DNA of 62,123 bases, the filler included. It is 9 parts of 9 records of this genome, joined end to end, with 100 filler letters (N's around TTAATTAATTAA, not from the genome) between each part and the next. Parts side by side here need not be neighbours in the genome. Positions count along the whole stretch, not along the records: positions 54,026 to 62,123 come from SRR31147125_99083; 8 more parts are not named here. The stretch is one strand, 5' to 3'. Position 1 is the stretch's first letter. Every line of letters begins with the position of its first letter. The notes under the pieces are model-generated. The model saw nothing but the letters and a program-made list of their open reading frames with translations, did no database searches and was not told the origin of the DNA. This document shows, in pieces, positions 54,122 through 62,123 of the stretch. A program made the position numbers and the translations under genes.

Positions 54122-56586
54122 TTACGACGGCAGATCCGCACCATATTTCTCCATAATCACCTTGGAAATATAAGCATGAACCCCTTTGACTTTTTTCTCT
54201 TTCAACGTCTTTTCCAAAGATCGATACACAATCCTTACAGAGAGTGACTTTTTCCCCTCCGCCAGGGGGACCCCCTCGTAAAGATCAAACAAAAAGGCAT
54301 CTTCCAAAAACGGTTGTTGCGACTTCAACCCAATGATATCCGCAAGAACGGCACCGGCGGCCACATCCTGATCCACAATCAAGGTCAGATCTCTTGAAAG
54401 TGACGGAAATTTTGGAAGCGGATCCGTGGTTCCCATGGCATTGTGAGCATAAAAGGGAAGAATTTTCTCAAGATCGATCTCAAAAAGAAACGCATCCTGC
54501 TTCAAACCAAATGCGTTGAGGACCTCATCACCCACCTGTCCGACAGAGCCGACGATTTGATCTTCAAATCGCATCACGGCACCGTACCCTCTTCTGTAAT
54601 AGGGACAGACGTCGGCATCCGCTGCCTCATCAAACCGCACCCCATCAATATCCAGGGAATTGAACAGTGCTTCTACAGCCCCCTTGATATCATAGAAATC
54701 ACATGGCGTTCGTTTCGCATACCAAGAGAGCGGTTCTCTGTTGCCACTCCAAAGACCTGCCACCATTTCGATCTCCGTGGGTTGCTCACCTTTTTGTGTT
54801 GCTAAAAATGTTTTACCCACTTCGAACAGTCTCAAGGTATCGATCTGCTGGGCGTTGTTGCGCCGTAAATTCTCCAAAAGCCCCGGAAGCAATGAGCTTC
54901 TCATGACGGAAAGCTCTTCGGAAATGGGGTTGAGAATCCCCTCCACAGCCCGTCTGGCATCATCCTCACTCAGCTGAAGGCGATCGCAGGAAAGTGAGGA
55001 TGTAAAACTGTAATTCACCGCCTCACTAAAGCCCATGCCGGCCATGGCATCCTGGATGCGACCTCGAACGGCAATTCTAGCGGAAACCCCTTGTGCACGA
55101 ACCGGCACATCCGGAAAACGGGTCTCAATACGGTTGTATCCCCAAAGGCGAGCGACCTCTTCCGAGAGATCTTCCGGTCTGGTAACATCCACCCGAAATG
55201 GAGGCACCGTAACCGTTTGTATGATACCCCCTTCATCCTCATTTTCCTCACTGTTTTTCACTTCAAACCCAACGGAGGTCAAAAGAGAGGCAATTTGATC
55301 CGGTTGAAAATCCGTCCCCAGACGACGGTTGATTGCCATGGGGTCCAGCGCAATACAAATCGGTTCATGCTTTACCGGATGAATATCGATCTGATTGTTG
55401 AGAATCGTTCCGCCGGACACTTCGGCCATGAGGGTAATGGCGCGTTTCAGCACCGCCATGGCCCCTTCGGGGTCCACCCCGCGCTCGAACCGATGGGATG
55501 CATCCGTATTGATTCCGGAGCGTTTGGCGGTTCTTCGGACGGAAACGGGATTGAAGCAGGCACTCTCCACCAACACCCGGGTGGTTTCAAGCATGATCTC
55601 CGAATTCTCTCCGCCCATGACACCGGCAATGCCCACAGGCCGCTCTCCATCACAGATCATCAGCATGTCCGGCTCCAGGGTATGCTCTTTTCCATCCAGA
55701 GTGGTGAATGGAATGTCACCGCCCGCCCGCTTCACCACAATGCGACCGTTTGCAATGTTGTCATAATCAAATGCATGGAGGGGTTGCCCCATCTCCATCA
55801 TCACGAAGTTTGTCACATCGACAATATTATTGATAGGCGTCAACCCCACCGAAAGCAGGCGATCCTGCAGCCAAAAAGGAGATGGGCCGACTTTGACATC
55901 CACCAGCATCCCCGCGGCATACCGGGGACAAAGATCCGGATCTTGAATCTCGACCGAGGCGTATGCGTCAATGGAATCAATGGAAGAATCCGGCGCAGGG
56001 AGCGCCACCTCAGGAAGCCTTAATGGGGCCGCAGGCTCGGAAAACGCCGCCACCTCTCTTGCCACTCCAATGAGGCTGAGGCAGTCGGGACGGTTGGGAG
56101 TCAAATCAATCTCCAACATATGATCCTCCAGCCCCAGCGCTTCGGCCAACGGAGTTCCAGGAGTGAGAGACGCATCCAGCTCCATGATACCGGCATGGCC
56201 GGTGTCCAGCTGCAACTCCGCACCACTGCACAACATCCCCTCGGAAAGCTCACCCCGAAGTTTACTCTTTTTAATGGTAAAATCACCCGGCAGTACCGAA
56301 CCGATGGTGGCACACGGCACCACCAGTCCCTCACGTACATTGGGAGCACCACATACGATGGAGAGTAGCTCATCCCCCCCGCATCGACTTTACAGCAGCT
56401 CAGCTTATCTGCTTTTGGATGCTTTTCCACCTGCTCCACCCGACTGACCACAACCCCTTCAAGATAATCGTAGCGACTGCTGACGGCATCCACTTCCAGA
56501 CCGGCCATGGTCAATTTCTCAGCGAGATCAGCGGCGCTGTCCAGCACATCCGTATACTCTTTCAACCAGCTTATCGTGACTTTCAT
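54122..56586 (-). CDS. pheT: Phenylalanine-tRNA ligase beta subunit (frameshift in the G-run near 56377)
   Basis: MKVTISWLKEY, HPKADKL, DLTPNRPDCLS, RFERGVD, C-terminal anticodon-binding domain. Confidence 0.96.
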
Positions 56587-56598
56587 ACCCTCTCCGCC

Positions 56599-57606
56599 TT
56601 AAAACTGTCCCAGGAAACGCAGGTCATTTTCAAAAAATTTACGCAGGTCATCAATTCCGTATTTGAGCATGGCCAACCGTTCGATTCCCACGCCAAAGGC
56701 AAACCCTGAATATTTTCGGGTATCATAACCTACCATCTCAAACACGGCAGGATGAACCATTCCGGAACCCAGCACTTCGATCCACCCGGTTTTGGAACAG
56801 ATTCGACATCCCTTCCCCCTGCACATAACGCACTGGATATCGACCTCTGCACTGGGTTCGGTAAACGGGAAAAAGCTCGGCCTGAACCGAAGACCGATCT
56901 CTTCGTCAAACAGCTGATGGACAAATGAGGTCAATGTTCCTTTTAGATCCCCGAAGGAGACATCCCGATCCACCATGAGCCCCTCCACCTGATTAAACAT
57001 GGGCGTATGCGTCAAATCGGAATCACATCGATAAACTTTTCCAGGGGCAATGATCCGCACCGGTGGCGCCTGTTTTTCCATCGTCCTGGGCTGGGTGGGA
57101 GAGGTATGGGTTCTCAAAACGATATTTTCAGCCACGTAGAACGTATCCTGCATATCCCTTGCAGGGTGATACTTGGGAATATTGAGGGCTTCAAAATTGT
57201 AATAATCCGTCTCAACCTCAGGCCCCTCTGCAATTTCAAACCCCAGCCGGGTAAAGATATCGGTAATTTCCCTTGAAATCTTTGTGATGGGGTGTAACGA
57301 GCCTCGGGTAAAATGACGCCCGGGCAGCGAGACATCAATCCCCGCTGCATCCGATTCATTTGCAGCTTTCAACTTCTCAGCCATGGCTGAGAATGCAGTT
57401 TCAAGTCGGCCTTTCAGCAGGTTGGCATTTTTTCCGGCAGCCGGTCGCTCTTCCACCGGGAGTTGCGATATCCGTCTCAGGAAGGTGGTGAGCACGCCCT
57501 TTCTTCCCAGATATCGAACCTCGACAGATTCCAGTCCTTCAAGGGAGTCAGCCTTGTCGATCTCGCCGAGGGCCTCCCTCTCTATTGTTTCAATACTATT
57601 TTCCAC
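56599..57606 (-). CDS. pheS: Phenylalanine-tRNA ligase alpha subunit
   Basis: [45 protein letters not shown] start at 57606. Confidence 0.97.
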   Translation of the reverse strand: MENSIETIEREALGEIDKADSLEGLESVEVRYLGRKGVLTTFLRRISQLPVEERPAAGKNANLLKGRLETAFSAMAEKLKAANESDAAGIDVSLPGRHFTRGSLHPITKISREITDIFTRLGFEIAEGPEVETDYYNFEALNIPKYHPARDMQDTFYVAENIVLRTHTSPTQPRTMEKQAPPVRIIAPGKVYRCDSDLTHTPMFNQVEGLMVDRDVSFGDLKGTLTSFVHQLFDEEIGLRFRPSFFPFTEPSAEVDIQCVMCRGKGCRICSKTGWIEVLGSGMVHPAVFEMVGYDTRKYSGFAFGVGIERLAMLKYGIDDLRKFFENDLRFLGQF

Positions 57607-57815
57607 AACACTCCCCAAATTTTCCCATAATGCCCTTGGCAGATTCCGCTGCCGCAAAAAACAATGAAAGAATCATGGGGGTCTGACGACCAACGACTCT
57701 TTCATTTCAATACCGAACACCGGTTATGGCAGGAAGGCCTGCCACAACGACGCATGAAAAAACCCATTTAAAAAACCAAATGCGTTTATTCACACCACTG
57801 ATATGTAGAGTTTCT

Positions 57816-58166
57816 TTAAAGTTTGGCAGATGCCGCCGCTGCAATTTGAGAAAAAGCAGCAGGATCAAAAATAGCAAGATCCGCCAGCACTTTTCGATCA
57901 AGCTCGATATCGGCAAGTTTCAAGCCATGGATAAACTTGCTGTATGAGAGATCGTTCATACGGGCCGCCGCATTGATTCTGGCCACCCACAGCTTTCTAA
58001 AATCTCTCTTGCGGGCACGTCTGTCACGATAGGCGTACATCAACGCTTTATCCACAGAATCCGCTGCGGTACGATACAGTTTACTTCTCGCACCTCTAAA
58101 GCCCTTGGCCAATTTCAACACTTTATTTCTACGTCTTCTGGCTTTGAAGCCTCGTTTAATTCTCAT
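57816..58166 (-). CDS. rplT: 50S ribosomal protein L20
   Basis: [16 protein letters not shown]...[14 protein letters not shown]...DRKVLADLA. Confidence 0.98.
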   Translation of the reverse strand: MRIKRGFKARRRRNKVLKLAKGFRGARSKLYRTAADSVDKALMYAYRDRRARKRDFRKLWVARINAAARMNDLSYSKFIHGLKLADIELDRKVLADLAIFDPAAFSQIAAAASAKL

Positions 58167-58180
58167 GGGGTATCACTCCT

Positions 58181-58378
58181 TTATCCGTTAGGCAACAGAC
58201 GTCGCACTTCTCGCATGTCACTATCTTTTATCATTTGATCCAGTCGCAAAGATCGTTTTCTTTTTGTGGTTTTTTTGGTCAGAATATGACTGGCATGTGA
58301 TTTTCTGAATTTGTATTTGCCGGTTCCGGTTTTTGTAAACCGTTTTGCAGCTGCTCGATTTGTTTTAATTTTGGGCAT
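58181..58378 (-). CDS. rpmI: 50S ribosomal protein L35
   Basis: MPKIKTNRAAAKRFTKTGTGK...HILTKK. Confidence 0.97.
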   Translation of the reverse strand: MPKIKTNRAAAKRFTKTGTGKYKFRKSHASHILTKKTTKRKRSLRLDQMIKDSDMREVRRLLPNG

Positions 58379-58411
58379 TGTCCCATCCCCTTCCCTATAA
58401 AATTTTGGCTC

Positions 58412-58461
58412 AAAAAAAAGATATGGTGACCTATCCCTCGGTAAGGGCAGTATCACCATAC
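58412..58461 (-). terminator. Intrinsic terminator-like hairpin between infC and rpmI
   Basis: TATGGTGA..CTGCCCT-TACCG-AGGG.TAG.TCACCATA followed by TC and T8. Confidence 0.65.
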
Positions 58462-58590
58462 CATCCGCTCAATTCATTAATTGTTCTACACCAGCATCTA
58501 TTTTCAGTAGATCTTCAAGATCAAATGAACGCCGTATCCCCTATAAAAAACATGGATGAGGCGGAAGCCGTGACAGATCTTTTATGCAGA

Positions 58591-59112
58591 CTATTTCGGT
58601 GCAAGAATCATGGTCATGGTTCGACCTTCGAATTTAGGAGATTGTTCAACCTGGGCAAATTCACTGGTCATATCCGCGACCCTTGCAAGCAGATCCTTTG
58701 CCTGTTCCGTCAACGTAATCTCTCTACCCCGAAACATCAGTGTCACTTTCACTTTATCATTATTACCGATAAATTTTTGAATATGCCTTACTTTTGTTTC
58801 AAGATCATGGGTATCGGTCTTCGGCCTGACCTTGATTTCCTTGATCTGGGATGATCTCTGCTTTTTCCTGGCCTCCTGGGATTTTTTCGTCATCTCATAC
58901 TTATAGCGGCCATAGTCCATTATTTTGCAGACAGGGGGTTTTGCATGGGGGGACACTTCTACAAGATCCAATGAATGCTCACCTGCTTTTCGAAGTGCAT
59001 CCTGAATGGCCATCACGCCGATTTGTTCGCCATCCGGCCCGATCACACGGACCTCCGCAGCCCGAATATCCCTATTTACATTTGTCCTGTCCCGATTGCT
59101 CTGTCTAGCTAT
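58591..59112 (-). CDS. infC: Translation initiation factor IF-3 (ATA start)
   Basis: GGAGGTG SD then in-frame ATA GCT AGA; DLVEVSP..KPPVCKIMDYG; KVKVTLMFRGRE. Confidence 0.95.
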   Translation of the reverse strand: MARQSNRDRTNVNRDIRAAEVRVIGPDGEQIGVMAIQDALRKAGEHSLDLVEVSPHAKPPVCKIMDYGRYKYEMTKKSQEARKKQRSSQIKEIKVRPKTDTHDLETKVRHIQKFIGNNDKVKVTLMFRGREITLTEQAKDLLARVADMTSEFAQVEQSPKFEGRTMTMILAPK

Positions 59113-59247
59113 CCCACACCTCCGTTGTCTAAGGGTTCATTGATTGACTATAAAAAAGACCTAAATTTCTGCTGATACAATTACATTATCAACAGGTTAT
59201 TATATTATTTTTAGAATAAAATGCAAGAATTATTTTATTCACCCTGC

Positions 59248-59864
59248 CTATCTGCGAAGGTTCTTTGCCTGCTCCAACGTATATGTTTCAAGAAGGCTCG
59301 TCCTCCAATATCGATTATCTTTTTTCGAAAAGAAATCGGCAAAAAGCGCCAGACTCTCATCACGAAGGACATGGGATACCACAGTCACGTCACTGTCGCG
59401 GTAAAGCGGCGTCATGAGGCTTAGATCACATCCGGTTCCGCCCCCCATCACATCTTCATAAGCATAGACAATGCGTTTGATTCCGGAAAGGATAGTGGCG
59501 GCGTAACACATCAAACACGGCTCCATGGTACAATACAATACGGATTGCTGTGGATCGAATGAGACCTTTCTCATCATCTGCCGACGACTCTGCACGGCTC
59601 CCGATCCATCGCACGGTTCCCCCTCGGGGGGGCACTATCTTTGCCGCTGAGGCCGATATCACAGCCTTCAAGAGCTTTTAATGCCCTGATTTCCGCATGA
59701 TCCACCTCACTGGGTCTCACTCTCGGATCAGCCGTCCCCAATCTCGCCCCTGTGGCAACGACCTGCCCCTGCTGGACAATGACACATCCAACGGGAAACT
59801 CGCCCGACTCAAATGCCCGGCGGGCTTCATTCAAGGCGAGTCGCATATATTTTTCATCATCCAT
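59248..59864 (-). CDS. Zinc-dependent nucleoside/tRNA deaminase (TadA-like), frameshift in a C-run near 59630
   Basis: GEFPVGCVIV, HAE, LYCTMEPCLMC. Confidence 0.85.
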
Positions 59865-60077
59865 GATTTTTATCCCCCATCAGTATTGGCTGAGACTTCA
59901 AGTAGTTTTGTCAGAAAGTCCTTTACAAAAAATCTACAATATGCACAATACCTTTCTATTTTCAAACTGACGGAAAGGGCGATGAAAAATATCCAAATAA
60001 TGCCCATTGCAGGTTCCGGATTACAATAAACGCACTTTCCGAAACATGTGCATGGGTGACCATGTGCTAACAATATT

Positions 60078-61186
60078 ATGACTGAGCCCCAATCATCCAT
60101 CTGCACACGTTACCAGCATCGGGAAAAAAATTTCTCTCTCAGTACGCCTGTGCCAGCTTAGACTCAGGCCCTAGATTGAAATCCGAATCCGGCTGCAGCA
60201 TTCGAACGCCGTTTCAATTGGATCGAGATCGTATCGTTTACTCCAATGCCTTCAGGCGATTGAAATATAAAACCCAAGTATTCCTATCCCCTTTGGGAGA
60301 TCACTATCGGACCCGGCTGACCCACACACTCGAAGTTTCTGAAATTGCAAGAAATATCGCCAGAGCCCTTTACATGAACGAAGATCTGGCCGAAGCCATT
60401 GCCCTTGGCCATGATCTGGGTCACACCCCTTTTGGTCACGGCGGAGAGAGTGCGTTAAAGGAAATTTACTCCCCCCATTTCTCCCATAACGAACAGAGCT
60501 TGAGGGTGGTGGATAAACTTGAGAAAAAAGGGGACGGCTTGAACCTCACCCGCCAAGTGAGAGACGGCATTTTGAAGCACTCCAAAGGATTCGGCGATAT
60601 CATGCCCTCCACCCGGGGAACAACGGCCTCCACCATCGAGGGAAGAATTGTCCGCATCGCCGATATCATTGCCTATCTCAACCATGATCTCGATGATGCC
60701 TTGAGAAGTCGGGTCATTACCGTAGATGAAATTCCCTCCATCTGCAAAAAAGAGCTGGGCTGTACCCACTCGGAAAGAGCGCGCACCATGATCGAAGGAC
60801 TGGTTTGCAACAGCGGAGAGGAAGAGAACGGATTTCGTCTTTTTATGGGGGAACAAACCTTCTCCGCCATGATGACGCTTAGACAATTTCTTTACAACAA
60901 TGTCTACCGAGCCCCTTCTGTTCATAAAGAATTTATCAAAGCCAAAAAAGTATTGATCGAACTGTACAACTATTTTTTGAACAACATCGATTTTTTACAG
61001 TCCGAACTTGAAAAGATGGAAATGGCCCCCTGGCAATCTTCAAATAACAATCTGGAACGTTCGGTATGTGACATCATTGCCAGCATGACGGACCGATATG
61101 CCTTGGAGCTTTACAGTAAACTTTTTTCCCCCGCCCAAATGTGTAGTTTGAGTCGAATTCAACATGAGGGGTCCAAAGCCAAATGA
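60078..61186 (+). CDS. dgt: Deoxyguanosinetriphosphate triphosphohydrolase-like HD protein (frameshift in an A-run near 60127)
   Basis: DRDRI...FRRLKYKTQVF, RTRLTHTLEV, HDLGHTPFGH, ADIIAY..HD.DD, MTDRYA. Confidence 0.92.
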
Positions 61187-61230
61187 TTTGTCTCATTCCC
61201 GATTTTGGGATTGCAAACAGGATATTGAAG

Positions 61231-61809
61231 ATGACCGCCGCAGAAAATGCATTATTTCAACAACTAGAAGATTTGTATTGTTATATGGATGAGCAATGGA
61301 ACCGTACGGCTGATAAGTACGGCTTCCAGTGCAATGGGTGCAATGAAAACTGCTGTGAAACGGAATTTCATCATCATACCCACATTGAAAAAGCTTACCT
61401 GCTTCACGGCTTTAACAAACTTCCCCGTCCTACCGTGGTCAGTGCTTCCAAGCGAGCCAAAAAAGTGAACAGCAAACGAAATCTTGCAGCGAAAAAAGGG
61501 GAGAAAATTCGCATGATGTGCCCCGTGAATCTGGATGAGAAGTGTATCCTCTACCCGTTCAGACCCATGATCTGCCGATTGCATGGCATCCCCCATGAGG
61601 TGGACATCCCGGGTGCCTCGAAGAGGAAAACACTTCAGAAACCCGGATGCGATGCCGGTGCCCCCTTATTTGAAGGCATATATCACCCCTTTGACCGAAC
61701 GCCGTTTTACTCTCAAATGGCGGCGCTGGAAAAAGCGTACTGTGCATTGAAATTCCCGGGAAAACCACAGCGCATCAAGCAGACCATCGCGCAAATGCTG
61801 GTTAAATAG
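61231..61809 (+). CDS. YkgJ-like Cys-cluster (putative Fe-S/Zn) protein
   Basis: CNGCNENCC, CP, CILYPFRPMICRLHG; start may be 61183 or 61231. Confidence 0.75.
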   Translation: MTAAENALFQQLEDLYCYMDEQWNRTADKYGFQCNGCNENCCETEFHHHTHIEKAYLLHGFNKLPRPTVVSASKRAKKVNSKRNLAAKKGEKIRMMCPVNLDEKCILYPFRPMICRLHGIPHEVDIPGASKRKTLQKPGCDAGAPLFEGIYHPFDRTPFYSQMAALEKAYCALKFPGKPQRIKQTIAQMLVK

Positions 61810-61939
61810 CTTTCAGCTCTTCGCCATTCCCAATCAAGAATTCAAAAAGAAAAGACCACTTAAACCTTCACAATCGATTCAAACCCGCCCACCTGAGCCT
61901 AAAGACATATCAGGTAGGCGTCCATAAAGGGGAAGTTCC

Positions 61940-62123
61940 ATGACCTACACTTTCAATGAAATTGATCTAAAAACGCTAACTCAGTGGAAAACTTCTCATA
62001 ACCAGACGACGCAAATTACACGGACGCCGTCGGACCATGATCAATCCGCTGCAATGGAGTCGTTTCTGAAGGCGTTGACGGATGAAACGCCCCAAATCAC
62101 CGCGCATACAGATAGCGACAAAA
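61940..62123 (+). CDS. Hypothetical protein, 3' truncated
   Basis: AAAGGGG RBS, ATG at 61940, frame open to the window end. Confidence 0.5.
   Translation, partial: MTYTFNEIDLKTLTQWKTSHNQTTQITRTPSDHDQSAAMESFLKALTDETPQITAHTDSDK

Noticed and set aside
3840..60130. Frameshifts in the HK, ABC exporter, ABC ATPase, CoA-transferase, APC-EIIA, MCP, pheT, deaminase and dgt as programmed frameshifting, phase variation or pseudogenes
   Set aside because: All fall in homopolymer runs, occur across unrelated organisms and hit essential pheT; best explained by homopolymer sequencing error

Overview
This window is not one locus. It is nine unrelated contigs joined by 100-nt N/TTAATTAATTAA/N six-frame-stop linkers (contigs: 1-6399, 6500-15978, 16079-22333, 22434-27927, 28028-33433, 33534-40480, 40581-48641, 48742-53925, 54026-62123), and it looks like an anoxic-sediment or enrichment metagenome. 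Many genes carry single-base frameshifts in homopolymer runs, including essential pheT, which points to sequencing error. Contents: (1) a sigma-54 two-component cluster and an S8 protease preceded by a free-standing copy of its propeptide domain; (2) RND/TolC/ABC exporter genes, a deltaproteobacterial-type porin, a DJ-1 remnant and a tandem structured intergenic repeat; (3) a tandem array of MacB/FtsX-like ABC permeases with homogenised 3' ends and orphan 'LRYE-stop' scars; (4) MocR regulator, WrbA, CoA-transferase and an MBL hydrolase; (5) 2-oxoacid:ferredoxin oxidoreductase subunits, a YidE permease, an APC-EIIA fusion and PBP1C; (6) codB with a divergent UPRT-like gene behind a long structured leader, an MCP and a VOC protein; (7) an intron-rich microbial eukaryote contig (NOP14 and a large coiled-coil gene); (8) Bacteroidota-like GH36/GH92 genes; (9) infC-rpmI-rplT-pheS-pheT, a tRNA-Gly fragment, a deaminase and a dGTPase. 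The best candidates for undescribed biology are the permease array with terminal scars, the UPRT-like gene and its riboswitch-like leader, the stand-alone propeptide/protease pair, and the covarying 85-nt tandem structured repeat. All product calls come from motif recognition by eye; no searches were run.
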